The notes below the pieces were generated by a model. The model was not told the origin of the DNA. It saw only the letters and a program-made list of their open reading frames with translations, and made no database searches. A DNA stretch of 64,000 nucleotides from Dehalococcoidia bacterium (GTDB lineage: Bacteria; Chloroflexota; Dehalococcoidia; Lucifugimonadales; Australimonadaceae): positions 1,474,822-1,538,821 of the forward strand of contig OZ242210.1 of the NCBI GenBank assembly GCA_965206315.1. Direction: 5' to 3'. Below are positions 18,801 through 29,473 of the stretch, piece after piece. The position numbers and the translations under genes were made by a program. The number at the start of each line of letters is the position of its first letter. Position 1 is the stretch's first letter.

Positions 18801-19398
18801 CGAGTTCGACTTCAAGGTGAACCCGCGCGAACCGTACGAGATTGACGTGCAGCCGGGCTGGAACCTGGTCTCGCTGCCGGCGACGCCGGTGGACTCCGGG
18901 ATAGCCGACGTGCTGGCGAACAACCAGTACATCTCGCCGGTGCTCGGCTACCAGGAAGGCGACTGGATCACGGCCATTCGCGAAGAGGACGGCACGTGGC
19001 GCGGTCGGCTGACCGAGATCGTCGGCGGCTACGGCTACTGGGTGCACGCCCGGACGTTCGAGTCCATCGAGACGATGCTCTCCGAGGTCGACCCGGCCGG
19101 GATCCTGCCGACGGTGCCGGTGACGGCGGGCTGGAACCTGCTCGGCGTGCTGGACATCTTCCAGAACGACGCGGGCGACCCGCCGGGCGAAGAGAGTGCA
19201 AACGGCTTCGCAGCTGCGAACTACGAGGCTGACAACTACTTCAGCAGCATCGACTGGAAGGTGGCGTACACGTACGACACCACCCAGAGCCTGTGGGTCA
19301 AGACGGTGCCGGAAGCAACCAGCGACGGTGCCAACGAGATCAAGAACGGCAATGGCTACTGGGTCTGGTCGCCCAGCCCGAGTACACTCGTCCCGTAA
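15805..19398 (+). CDS. large acidic secreted protein, surface-layer-like family, paralog 3 (1197 aa)
   Basis: Start is set at the GTG at 15805 (VRFTKIPLIATLMAVALSLLIVLPGIAQ) by homology to paralogs 1 and 2. The ORF-track start at 15505 overlaps the end of paralog 2. The protein ends NGNGYWVWSPSPSTLVP. Confidence 0.85.
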   Translation: MRFTKIPLIATLMAVALSLLIVLPGIAQTGDLTDGKQSSGVVDVGVFDDITDAQMAKLTNSASDVAGVDSIDSGVFIPRDTPVRQHGTEAVHSSGDLAYLAENTVSPQDTFFKNTLYVSNDGNAYNTVLINVRSDETATCDTTDGTVANVMATVRNNRAGGDPITLELALSSTAGNFQAFFKVVEDGDEGTLVDATGTAVAGEDPVPFTEHGGPTWCADTSTYDHDDDTTTTEIQRESTAATAGYNPVQQDPNANPPTRGEIATIFADHGDRLTITTNAGSGQIELVVDGEGPEFTAVTPDDNAVLEARDVTFSFEVRDDDSGLRHDGESVISPDGDYDEINPDGDHNLGSEPLSVDPETAVNSNGESADIDVNVAPNPRSKTETPTDPEWDDISASGTWRMAGNRAGVAYAFTAGAHRNDDASYLYQIEATDRAGNKNATDAESDTDNVDEPYVFRVDNTDPDLIDARTGITWDSDKDTEVVDRSYVALTFNDGADGGGDPLGDVDTDNITVVGYTIVGFIHPSERPAIDRNLGIPKRANFSPTNIRYTPAEPSGTRPSLVEPTNDNAYTAALAVTPDSDRTTAQNNLLLLEGRFVHYAIIDAQPDEANGDSPEPAEPTSTEPDCDDLGELTAANVELCGQWDQHEIDKAAYDAAEDAKEAADEEHQAAVDAYNAAPGKDIVGGDIADPRSRVYVELSEDLPADAEPDVVVIGGAVHDLADNTNDAKTVDSEDWIAPSLTVTVTGTANDRPVINGDGSFSIDVRSDEDLARRPVVFFVSIAATQTEGEDTETTNDDEYEYAIDMRDEASALTQAEDENHWTKKYKRSSIDDSVGTGLIGIVVLGKDSEDNSGATTGWSPDMHRNAGNPAADDELTLSKMDDAGLLVEIDEEFNADVDEDLGEVTPRSDDKATTESANPFVKLTFGNEGKEYSLDGFSGADSHKTVTVTEITLNGDDVMAHLNRVSSTEFSLVLRDLAVDSYEVVFTAEDDAGNELEDGEFDFKVNPREPYEIDVQPGWNLVSLPATPVDSGIADVLANNQYISPVLGYQEGDWITAIREEDGTWRGRLTEIVGGYGYWVHARTFESIETMLSEVDPAGILPTVPVTAGWNLLGVLDIFQNDAGDPPGEESANGFAAANYEADNYFSSIDWKVAYTYDTTQSLWVKTVPEATSDGANEIKNGNGYWVWSPSPSTLVP

Positions 19399-19426
19399 CA
19401 CGGACGCGCACAGCAAGGGTACGAAC

Positions 19427-19457
19427 GAAGCCCCCGCCGATCACCGGCGGGGGCTTC
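19427..19457 (+). terminator. 13-bp-stem hairpin after paralog 3 (gaagcccccgccg-atcac-cggcgggggcttc)
   Basis: Perfect inverted repeat 29 nt after the stop codon. Confidence 0.5.
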
Positions 19458-19521
19458 CCCTCTCCGAAGGTTGCGAGGAAACCCGCATGACAACCGCGCC
19501 CCCCTCCCATAGAATCGGCCC

Positions 19522-20316
19522 ATGCCCCGATTCGCACACCCTCCCCGCGCGCTCCTCGCCCTCGCCGCGCTGCTGACCGCGCTACTCGCTGCGCTCCTCG
19601 CCGCCGCGCTCCTCCCCCCGCTCCCCGCCTCCGCCCAGGACGGCGACGGAGACGGCGAAGAGCGCCTCGAGAGCATCCCCCCGTTCCCCGTCGTCTACCT
19701 CCAGGGCACCGTAACCCTCGACGGCGCCCCCGTCGCCTCCGGCGAGATCGTCGTCCGCGTCGGCGACTGGGAACGCCCCACCCGCATCCCCGTCGTCGAC
19801 GGCCGCTTCGACTGCGCCAGCGACCAGGGCTGCCTCCTCGTCGGCCCCCCCGGCTACATCACCGAGGACCCCCTGCGCTACATCTACGTCGGCGAACCCG
19901 TCACCTTCCACCTGAACGGCGACCAGCAGGCCGACCTGACGTACCCCTTCGCGCACATGGCCGAGCCCTGCTTCGTGGGAAGCGTCGAGCTCCGCTTCGG
20001 CTCCGGCGCCGACCCGCGCACCGACCAGCCATGCCCCGGCGGCGCACCTTCCCCCACCATCGTCGCCCCCCCACCGACCCCAACCGCGACGCCCACCCCC
20101 ACCCCCATCCCCACGGCGACGCCCACCCCGCCCCCCACGCCGACGCCCGTGCCGCCCACGGCAACGCCCGTTCCGGCGCCAGAGCCCACGCCGACGCCCA
20201 CACCTGAGCCGTCGTCCGGCGGCGCTGGGATGCTCATCGTCGCGGTGGTGGTGCTCGTTGGCATCGCGGCCATCGTTGGCGTCGGAGTCGTCGCGCTGCG
20301 TCGCCGGCGGTCGTAG
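19522..20316 (+). CDS. secreted, C-terminally membrane-anchored protein with a Pro/Thr-rich linker
   Basis: Signal peptide ...LPPLPASAQ, a beta-rich domain (PVVYLQGTVTLDGAPVASGEIVVRVGD), a PTPTATPTPTP linker, a TM helix MLIVAVVVLVGIAAIVGVGVVAL and RRRRS at the C-terminus. Confidence 0.7.
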   Translation: MPRFAHPPRALLALAALLTALLAALLAAALLPPLPASAQDGDGDGEERLESIPPFPVVYLQGTVTLDGAPVASGEIVVRVGDWERPTRIPVVDGRFDCASDQGCLLVGPPGYITEDPLRYIYVGEPVTFHLNGDQQADLTYPFAHMAEPCFVGSVELRFGSGADPRTDQPCPGGAPSPTIVAPPPTPTATPTPTPIPTATPTPPPTPTPVPPTATPVPAPEPTPTPTPEPSSGGAGMLIVAVVVLVGIAAIVGVGVVALRRRRS

Positions 20317-20347
20317 GGTCGCCGCGCCAGGGGTCGGCGTCGCGTCC

Positions 20348-20356
20348 TGCTATACT
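20348..20356 (+). promoter_or_regulatory. extended -10 element (TGcTATACT) 7 nt upstream of the bioY ATG; possible leaderless transcript
   Basis: tgctatact at 20348-20356 and ATG at 20363. No SD lies between them. Confidence 0.35.
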
Positions 20357-20362
20357 CCCCGT

Positions 20363-21019
20363 ATGCAGACAACCCAGTCACGCCTCCCCCTCATCGACTC
20401 GATAATCCCCGGCAAGGGCCTCCTGCGCGACGCTGCGCTCGTGGCGGGCTTCGCCCTGCTCGTGGCGCTGTTCGCGCAGATCGCGGTGAAGCTCCCGTTC
20501 ACGCCCGTCCCCATCACGGGGCAGACGCTCGCGGTGCTGCTCACGGGCGGCGCGCTGGGCGCGAACCGCGGCGCTGCCAGCCTCGCGCTCTACATGCTCG
20601 TCGGCATGGTCGGCCTGCCGGTGTTCGCGCCGTCATCGCTCGGCGAAGGGACGGTCTTCCACTTCATCTTCCCGTGGGAGGGCAGCGCTGACCTCGTCTG
20701 GCAGATCGCCAGCGGCGGCTACATCGTCGGCTTCATCGGCGCAGCGTGGGTCGTCGGGCGGCTGGCGGAGCGCGGCTGGGACCGCAGCTGGCGTGTGCTG
20801 CTGGCGCTGCTCGCGGGCAACGTCGTGCTGTACGTTCCGGGGCTGCTCTGGCTCGGCTACTGGGCCGTGGACAACGAGTGGACGTCCGGCGCGAGCATCA
20901 TCCCGGACACGCTGCAGTGGGGCCTCTGGCCGTTCGTGGCGGGCGACCTCATCAAGCTGTACGTGGCCTCGGTCGCGCTGCCGGGCGCGTGGGCGCTCGT
21001 TGGGCGCAGGGAGCGTTAG
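20363..21019 (+). CDS. bioY: biotin transporter BioY
   Basis: Polytopic membrane protein carrying the typical BioY sequence PFTPVPITGQTLAVLLTGGALG...GLPVFA. Confidence 0.85.
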   Translation: MQTTQSRLPLIDSIIPGKGLLRDAALVAGFALLVALFAQIAVKLPFTPVPITGQTLAVLLTGGALGANRGAASLALYMLVGMVGLPVFAPSSLGEGTVFHFIFPWEGSADLVWQIASGGYIVGFIGAAWVVGRLAERGWDRSWRVLLALLAGNVVLYVPGLLWLGYWAVDNEWTSGASIIPDTLQWGLWPFVAGDLIKLYVASVALPGAWALVGRRER

Positions 21020-21021
21020 GC

Positions 21022-21675
21022 GTGGAGATCACCTGGATAGGCCACGCGGCGTTCCGTGTACGCTCCGGAAACAAGACGCTCGTCATGGACCCGTTCCCGC
21101 CGGAGCTGGGGCTGCGCATACCGCCGCCGCAGGCGCAGGCCGACCTCGTTACGCAGAGCAGCAGCGATCCACTCCATTCCGCGCTCGGCGCAGTGTCGGG
21201 CGAGCCGATAGCACTCGACGGCCCCGGCGAGTACGAGGCTGCGGGGATGCACCTGCGCGGCCTCCGCACGACGCGCCGCACGCAGGAGAGCGAGCCGCAG
21301 CAGTGGAACACCGTGTTCTCCGCGCAGGCCGAGGGCATCGTGTTCTGCCACTTGGGGAACCCCGACCGGCTGCTCACGAACCGGGAGGTCGATGCGCTGG
21401 GCTCGCCGCACGTGCTGATGGCGCCTGTGGGGAGCGATACCGGACTGTCGGCCGCGGACGTGGTCGAGATCGTGCGGAACGTCGAGCCGCGCATCATCAT
21501 CCCGATGCTTTACGCGCACAGCGGCAACAAGCATCCGCTGCGCGAGTTGGGACCATTCCTGCACGAGCTGGGCGTTCGCGAGCCGGAGGCGCAGCCGCGC
21601 CTGACCGTGACGCGGGCGAACCTGCCGGACGACACGCAGGTGGTCGTGCTGCAGCCCACGGGGGCGATGCTGTAG
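21022..21675 (+). CDS. MBL-fold metal-dependent hydrolase (UPF0173-like)
   Basis: GTG start giving VEITWIGHAAFRVRSGNKTLVMDPF..., then ...IIIPMLYAH. Family-level call only. Confidence 0.7.
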   Translation: MEITWIGHAAFRVRSGNKTLVMDPFPPELGLRIPPPQAQADLVTQSSSDPLHSALGAVSGEPIALDGPGEYEAAGMHLRGLRTTRRTQESEPQQWNTVFSAQAEGIVFCHLGNPDRLLTNREVDALGSPHVLMAPVGSDTGLSAADVVEIVRNVEPRIIIPMLYAHSGNKHPLRELGPFLHELGVREPEAQPRLTVTRANLPDDTQVVVLQPTGAML

Positions 21676-21733
21676 GGGCTTGCGTTGACCGCTGGCGCGT
21701 CGTGTTCCTAGAATGGCCGCCGGAAGGTGTGCC

Positions 21734-22408
21734 ATGCAAGAGATGCTCATCGACAGTATCCGCGTCAGCCTGATGAACTATCAGCGCGTCGTCATCCTCA
21801 AGGAGCGAGAGTCGGACCGCTATCTGCCGATACGTATCGGCTCCCCGGAGGCGGACGCCATCGCGCTGAAGCTGCAGGACGTCACGGCGGCGCGGCCCCT
21901 CACGCACGATCTGATGGGCTCGGTCATCACGTCGCTGGGCGCGTCCATCAAGCACGTCGTCGTCTGCGACCTTGAGAACGACACCTTCTTCGCCAGGCTC
22001 GTGCTGGCGCTGGCGGACGGCTCGGAGTCGGAGATCGACTGCCGCCCGAGTGACGCGATAGCGGTGGCAGTGCGCGGCGGGCAACTCGTGCAGGGCAAAG
22101 ACGGCGAAGAGCACTGGTTCTCGTCGCTGCAGGAGGCGGAGGAGTTCGCGCGGCAGGAAGGCGGCGACGCAGCAGCCGTGCGCTCCAAGGTGCCGATCTT
22201 CGTGGAGGAGCGCGTGCTGGAGCGCGCAGGGGTCGTCGTGGACGGCACCGTGGAGGAGGAGGGGAGCGAGGGTTCGCCGCGGCGAAGGCCGCGTCCCACA
22301 AGGCAGGGGGTCACCGAGGAGGAGATGGAGAAGCTCTCCGCGTTCTCGGAGTTCCTGGAGGACCTGCCGGGGCTCGAGGACCTTGGGAAGCCGGGGGAGA
22401 CGCAGTAG
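21734..22408 (+). CDS. bifunctional nuclease (BFN/DUF151) family protein with an acidic C-terminal tail
   Basis: Motifs VVILKERESDRYLPIRIGSPEADAIALKLQ....RPLTHDL and CRPSDAIAVAVR. SD ggaaggtg precedes the ATG at 21734. Confidence 0.8.
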   Translation: MQEMLIDSIRVSLMNYQRVVILKERESDRYLPIRIGSPEADAIALKLQDVTAARPLTHDLMGSVITSLGASIKHVVVCDLENDTFFARLVLALADGSESEIDCRPSDAIAVAVRGGQLVQGKDGEEHWFSSLQEAEEFARQEGGDAAAVRSKVPIFVEERVLERAGVVVDGTVEEEGSEGSPRRRPRPTRQGVTEEEMEKLSAFSEFLEDLPGLEDLGKPGETQ

Positions 22409-22447
22409 GCGCGCTTCATGCCTTCGGGCGGCTCCCTGCGCCGCTCC

Positions 22448-22545
22448 CTGGATTCCAGCATTCGCTGGAATGACGATGCCCTCCATACCATCCGGTACCC
22501 TCATCCCAGCCCTCTCCCCTTGTAGGGAGAGGGAGCAAGAGGACG
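22448..22545. repeat. REP-like hairpins (family E and ccctctccc-cttgta-gggagaggg)
   Basis: ggattccagcattcgctggaatgacg and ccctctccccttgtagggagaggg. Confidence 0.7.
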
Positions 22546-22568
22546 TTTCGCTTTGCTTGTGCGGCATA

Positions 22569-22586
22569 TTGTGATAGGATTCACGC
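22569..22586 (+). promoter_or_regulatory. Rex-operator-like site upstream of the atp operon (TTGTGAT-AGGA-TTCACGC)
   Basis: Matches 11 of the 14 arm positions of TTGTGAA-N4-TTCACAA. It overlaps a possible TTGCTT-16-TAGGAT promoter and ends 17 nt before the atpZ ATG. Confidence 0.35.
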
Positions 22587-22602
22587 AGCTCCTGATCAGT
22601 GT

Positions 22603-22851
22603 ATGAAACGCCGTTCGTGGTGGGTTTCAGCGGCGCAGTTCACCGGCCTTGGCTGGTACATTGCCACGGCGATCGTTCTCCCGACGCTGGCAGGGGTGTG
22701 GCTCGACGGCAGAGCGGGAACCTCGCCTCTCTTCCTCCTGGGAGGGCTCCTTTTCGGAGTAGTCCTCGCGTTCTACGGGGTCTACCGGATGGCGTCGGGT
22801 TACCTCACCGGCAGCAGGGACAGCAGCCGGGATGAAGAGGCTGACGGATAG
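22603..22851 (+). CDS. ATP synthase accessory protein AtpZ/AtpI-like
   Basis: 82-aa two-TM protein (FTGLGWYIATAIVLPTLAGVWLD) positioned first in the atp operon. Confidence 0.75.
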   Translation: MKRRSWWVSAAQFTGLGWYIATAIVLPTLAGVWLDGRAGTSPLFLLGGLLFGVVLAFYGVYRMASGYLTGSRDSSRDEEADG

Positions 22852-23723
22852 TGAAGAGTCGTCTGATCCTGTTGCCGGTCCTGGCGCTGGCCTTGCTTGG
22901 CGTGGTGCTGGGGCCGATAGGCGCCAAGCTCCTGGGCTTCGAGCGCTTGATCGACGCTCCGGCGGTGCACCTGGCGCCCCAGAAGATATTCGCTATCGGC
23001 GGCTTTACCGTCACCAACACGCTCCTCTCCGCCTGGCTCACGTGCATCGTCATCCTGCTCCTGTTCGGACTCGGCTCGCGCCGTATGGCCATGGTTCCGG
23101 GGCGTTTGCAGGGCTTCCTGGAGGTGCTGGTGGAGGCGCTCTACGGCTTCATCAGGGGTATGGCGGGAGAGCGCTATGCCCGGCGCTGGTTCCCGCTCCT
23201 CGCGACGATCTTCGTGTTCGTCGCGTTCAACGCGTGGATGGCGCTGCTGCCCATCTACCCCACGGTGGGTTTCAAGGCGGAGGGTGCGGACCACGTAACG
23301 ACGCACCTGCTGCGGAGCGCGGGCACGGACATCAACATGCCGCTTGCGCTCGCGCTCATCGCGTTCGTGTTCATCGAGGCGTGGGGGTTCCGCGTCCACC
23401 GGTTCGGGTACCTCCGGGAGTTCTTCCGTTTCGGAAACCCGGTGCAGACGTTCATCGGGCTGCTGGAGCTCATCAGCCACTTCATCCGTATCATCAGCTT
23501 CACGTTCCGTCTCTTCGGCAACATGCTCGCCGGAGAGATCGTCCTGTTCATGATGACGTTCCTGACCTTCTTCGTAACGCCCATCATCTTCTACGGGCTG
23601 GAGATACTGGTCGGGGGCGTGCAGGCGCTCGTGTTCATGGGCCTGACGCTCGTGTTCGCGGTGCTTGCAGTGGCCCCGCACGAGGGGCATAAGGAAGAGC
23701 ACGCAGAGGCCGGACAGCACTAA
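22851..23723 (+). CDS. atpB: F0F1 ATP synthase subunit a
   Basis: Polytopic protein with ISFTFRLFGNMLAGE (the conserved Arg motif). Operon context. Confidence 0.95.
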   Translation: MKSRLILLPVLALALLGVVLGPIGAKLLGFERLIDAPAVHLAPQKIFAIGGFTVTNTLLSAWLTCIVILLLFGLGSRRMAMVPGRLQGFLEVLVEALYGFIRGMAGERYARRWFPLLATIFVFVAFNAWMALLPIYPTVGFKAEGADHVTTHLLRSAGTDINMPLALALIAFVFIEAWGFRVHRFGYLREFFRFGNPVQTFIGLLELISHFIRIISFTFRLFGNMLAGEIVLFMMTFLTFFVTPIIFYGLEILVGGVQALVFMGLTLVFAVLAVAPHEGHKEEHAEAGQH

Positions 23724-23796
23724 GACCCGCCACCGCGCGGGCAGACGAGGCGGAACGCGGAACGCGCCGCCTGAACAGACCAAGGAGGTTTGGGGA

Positions 23797-24030
23797 ATGA
23801 ACGATTTCGGAGAGATGGGCAAGTTCCTCGCCGTGGGCCTGGCCGGGCTGGGCATGGCCGGCGCCGGTGTCGGCCTGGGTATCCTGGGCAGCGGTGCGAT
23901 GAACGCCCTCGGCAGGAACCCGGAAGCCCGTGACGCAATCGCGCCGAACATGATCCTGGCGCTGGCGTTCACGGAGGCCATCGGCATCTACGGCCTCGTG
24001 GTGGCCATCCTGCTCATCTTCGTTGCGTAA
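23797..24030 (+). CDS. atpE: F0F1 ATP synthase subunit c
   Basis: 77 aa, with GLGILGSGAMNALGRNPEA and ALAFTEAIGIYGLVVA. SD aaggagg precedes the ATG at 23797. Confidence 0.95.
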   Translation: MNDFGEMGKFLAVGLAGLGMAGAGVGLGILGSGAMNALGRNPEARDAIAPNMILALAFTEAIGIYGLVVAILLIFVA

Positions 24031-24075
24031 GCGGCGCGGCGTGAGCAACGTAACGCACATGAGGAGGCGGGCGAC

Positions 24076-24618
24076 GTGCTGGCAGCACCAAGACTAGCCG
24101 AAGAAGCAAGCGGCATAGGAGCGCTGGGCATAGACCCGTGGAGCCTGCTGGCCTACGTGGTCACCTTTGGCCTGCTCGTAGTGCTCCTCTACACCCTCGC
24201 GTACAAGCGCATCCTGGGAGTGCTCGACGCCCGGTCCGGCAGGATCCGGGACAGCCTGGAAGAGGCCGACCGCGTGCGCCGCGAGGCACAGGAGCAGCAG
24301 GAGGCGATGCAACGCACCCTGCTGGAGGGTCGCGAGGAGGGCCAGCGCGTGCTCGCTGAGGCGCGCGAGGCTGCGGAACGCTACCGCGAGCAGCAGGCGA
24401 CGCAGGCGCGAGCCGAGGCGGCGCAGCTGATCGACCGTGCCCGCGAGGAGATTCGACAGGAGCGCGACGCTGCCCTCGAGCAGGTGCGCTCCGAGTTCGC
24501 GTCGCTCGCGGTCAGCGCCGCCGAGCGCATCATCCACCGTTCGCTGGACCCCGACGCGCACCGCGATCTGATCGACGAGGTGCTCGCGGAGGGGGACGCC
24601 CGCGCAGGGCGGAACTAG
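24076..24618 (+). CDS. atpF: F0F1 ATP synthase subunit b
   Basis: An N-terminal TM helix followed by a long charged coiled coil. Operon position. Confidence 0.9.
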   Translation: MLAAPRLAEEASGIGALGIDPWSLLAYVVTFGLLVVLLYTLAYKRILGVLDARSGRIRDSLEEADRVRREAQEQQEAMQRTLLEGREEGQRVLAEAREAAERYREQQATQARAEAAQLIDRAREEIRQERDAALEQVRSEFASLAVSAAERIIHRSLDPDAHRDLIDEVLAEGDARAGRN

Positions 24619-24627
24619 GAGCGTGGG

Positions 24628-25200
24628 ATGGCGAAAGCGCCCATAGCGAAGCGCTACGCGCAGGCGCTCTTCTCCCTAGCGGAGACCGAGGGGAAGCAGG
24701 AAGCCTGGCTGGACAGCCTCTCCGGCATAGCCGAGGGGCTGTCAGACCCGTCGGCGGCGCTGTTCTTCAACGAGCCGCGTATACCGTCGGCGCGCAAGGC
24801 GGAGGCGGCTGCTCAAGTCGCTGCCGGAGCGGACCCGCTGGTGCGCAATTTCGTGGGGCTGCTCGTGCAGCGGCAGGCGGTTGGCTCGTTCGGCGCGGTC
24901 GTCAGCGAGTACGGACGCCTGCTGAACGAGAGCCTCGGGCGGGTGCAGGCCTCGGTGACGAGCGCCGTGCCCATATCGGCTGAGCAGCGGAGCACACTGA
25001 CGGCCTCGCTCGGGGCCATGCTGGACAAAGAGGTCGTTCTCGACGTCCAGGAAGATTCGGACATCATCGGCGGAATCGTCGTGCGGGTGGGAGACCAGAT
25101 CATCGACGGGAGCGTGCGCTCCCGCCTGAGCGATCTGCGGCAGAGCCTGGAACGGCAGGGCCTCCCCCGGACGGCGCGTGAAACGGAGGAGCGGGCATGA
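24628..25200 (+). CDS. atpH: F0F1 ATP synthase subunit delta
   Basis: [13 protein letters not shown]... OSCP-like sequence, with [20 protein letters not shown] near the C-terminus. Confidence 0.9.
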   Translation: MAKAPIAKRYAQALFSLAETEGKQEAWLDSLSGIAEGLSDPSAALFFNEPRIPSARKAEAAAQVAAGADPLVRNFVGLLVQRQAVGSFGAVVSEYGRLLNESLGRVQASVTSAVPISAEQRSTLTASLGAMLDKEVVLDVQEDSDIIGGIVVRVGDQIIDGSVRSRLSDLRQSLERQGLPRTARETEERA

Positions 25201-26702
25201 CGACTCGCGGACAGGACATCGCAGCCGTACTCAAGCGGCAGATCGAGGAGTTCGGCGGCGAGACTACCCTCACGGAAGTGGGGACTGTCGTAGAGGTTGG
25301 AGACGGCATCGCCACCATCCACGGCCTGAGCAAGGTCGGCTTCGGCGAGCTGCTGGAGTTTCCGAGCGGTCTGGCAGGCCTCGCGCTCAACCTCGAGGAA
25401 GACCTCGTCGGCGCGGCGATCATGGGGCCGGACGTCGGCGTGAAGGAAGGCGACCTGGTCAAGGCGACCGGTGAGATCGCCCGCGTGCCCGTGGGCGACG
25501 CGCTCCTGGGCCGGGTTGTGAACCCGCTCGGTGAGCCGCTGGACGGCAAGGGCGCGGTGCAGACGGACGGTATCCGCCCCATCGAGATCGTGGCGCCGAA
25601 CGTCGTGGTGCGGCAGTCGGTCAACAGGCCGGTGCAGACGGGCATCAAGTCGATCGACGGCATGATCCCCATCGGGCGCGGCCAGCGTGAGCTAATCATC
25701 GGCGACCGCTTCACGGGCAAGACCGCCATCGCCATCGACACCATCATCAATCAGAAGGGCGAGGACCTCATCTGCATCTACGTGGCTGTAGGCCAGAAGC
25801 AGAGCAAGGTCGCCTCGATCCAGGCGACGCTGGAAGAGTACGGGGCGATGGAGCACACGGTCATCGTGGCGGCCAACGCGTCCGATCCCGCGCCGCTGCA
25901 ATACCTCGCCCCGTACGCTGGCTGCGCCATCGGCGAGGAGTTCATGGCGAGCGGGCGCGAGGCGCTCATCATCTACGACGACCTCACGAAGCACGCGTGG
26001 GCGTACCGCCAGATGTCGCTGCTGCTCCGCCGCCCTCCGGGCCGCGAGGCGTATCCCGGCGACGTGTTCTACCTGCACAGCAGGCTCTTGGAGCGCGCCG
26101 CGCGGCTCGACGACGACCATGGCGGCGGCTCGCTGACCGCGCTGCCCATCATTGAGACGCAGGCGGGCGACGTGTCCGCCTACATCCCCACGAACGTCAT
26201 CTCCATCACGGACGGCCAGATCTACCTGGAGGCGGACCTGTTCAACAGCGGCATCCGCCCGGCGGTGAACGCGGGCCTCTCCGTGAGCCGGGTGGGCAGC
26301 TCGGCGCAGACGCGCGCGATGCGGCGCGTCGCCGGACGCATGCGGCTGGAGCTCGCGCAGTACCGCGCGCTCGCCAGCTTCGCGCAGTTCGGCGCGTCCG
26401 ACCTCGACGCGGCGACGAGGGCGCAGCTGGAGCGCGGTCAGCGGCTCACAGAGCTGCTGAAGCAGCCGCAGTACCGTCCGCAGAGCCTCCCCCAGCAGGT
26501 CTGCTCCATGTACGCCGCGGTGAACGGCCACATGGACGACGTGCCGGTGGACCGCGTGCGGGAGTTCGAGGAGCGCTTCGTCGGCTACCTGGAGACCTCC
26601 AAGCCTGAGCTGATGAGCGCGATCCAGGAGAAGAAGGACATAGACGAGGCGATCGAAGAATCACTGAAAGAGGCGATAGCCTCCTTCAAGGCCACGTTCT
26701 AG
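25197..26702 (+). CDS. atpA: F0F1 ATP synthase subunit alpha
   Basis: [19 protein letters not shown]-loop and overall alpha-subunit sequence. ATGA overlap with atpH. Confidence 0.97.
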   Translation: MTTRGQDIAAVLKRQIEEFGGETTLTEVGTVVEVGDGIATIHGLSKVGFGELLEFPSGLAGLALNLEEDLVGAAIMGPDVGVKEGDLVKATGEIARVPVGDALLGRVVNPLGEPLDGKGAVQTDGIRPIEIVAPNVVVRQSVNRPVQTGIKSIDGMIPIGRGQRELIIGDRFTGKTAIAIDTIINQKGEDLICIYVAVGQKQSKVASIQATLEEYGAMEHTVIVAANASDPAPLQYLAPYAGCAIGEEFMASGREALIIYDDLTKHAWAYRQMSLLLRRPPGREAYPGDVFYLHSRLLERAARLDDDHGGGSLTALPIIETQAGDVSAYIPTNVISITDGQIYLEADLFNSGIRPAVNAGLSVSRVGSSAQTRAMRRVAGRMRLELAQYRALASFAQFGASDLDAATRAQLERGQRLTELLKQPQYRPQSLPQQVCSMYAAVNGHMDDVPVDRVREFEERFVGYLETSKPELMSAIQEKKDIDEAIEESLKEAIASFKATF

Positions 26703-26711
26703 GAGACCGCG

Positions 26712-29016
<2,305 letters not shown>

Positions 29017-29022
29017 GACGCC

Positions 29023-29463
29023 ATGCCCATGCGGCTCGAGATCGTAACTGCGGAGCGCGTGCTCTTCCAGGGCGACGTGGACGCCGTCGTAGCGCCCGGC
29101 ATCGACGGGGAGATCGGCATCCTGCCGAAGCACGCCGCCCTGATGACCGTGCTCCAGCCCGGCGAACTCCGCTACCGCACCGGCGGCAACGAGGAGCACT
29201 TCGTCGTGACCGGCGGCTTCATCGATGTGCACGGCGACAAAGTGTCCGTTCTCGCGGACGCGGCGGAGCGAGCGGATGAGATCGACCTCGCAAGGGCCGA
29301 GGAAGCCGTCTCTCGCGCCCGTCAGCGCATCGCAGAGCACCAGGAGGACTTCGACCTCGAACGCGCGCTGCACTCGCTGCGCAGGGCGCAGGTACGGCTC
29401 AACGTGACGCGCCGCCGCAGGGGTGCAGGCGTGCCGCAGCGGGAGCGCGGGGCCGGAGCCTGA
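29023..29463 (+). CDS. atpC: F0F1 ATP synthase subunit epsilon
   Basis: LEIVTAERVLFQGDVDAVVAPGIDGEIGILPKHAALMT. Confidence 0.93.
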   Translation: MPMRLEIVTAERVLFQGDVDAVVAPGIDGEIGILPKHAALMTVLQPGELRYRTGGNEEHFVVTGGFIDVHGDKVSVLADAAERADEIDLARAEEAVSRARQRIAEHQEDFDLERALHSLRRAQVRLNVTRRRRGAGVPQRERGAGA

Positions 29464-29473
29464 GGGCTGCCCG

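Noticed and set aside
20746-21773. 309- and 326-aa ORFs starting inside bioY.
   Set aside because: Only the 3' part (from GTG 21022) matches the MBL-fold family. The upstream part overlaps bioY in another frame. The 20793 frame is Arg-rich noise.
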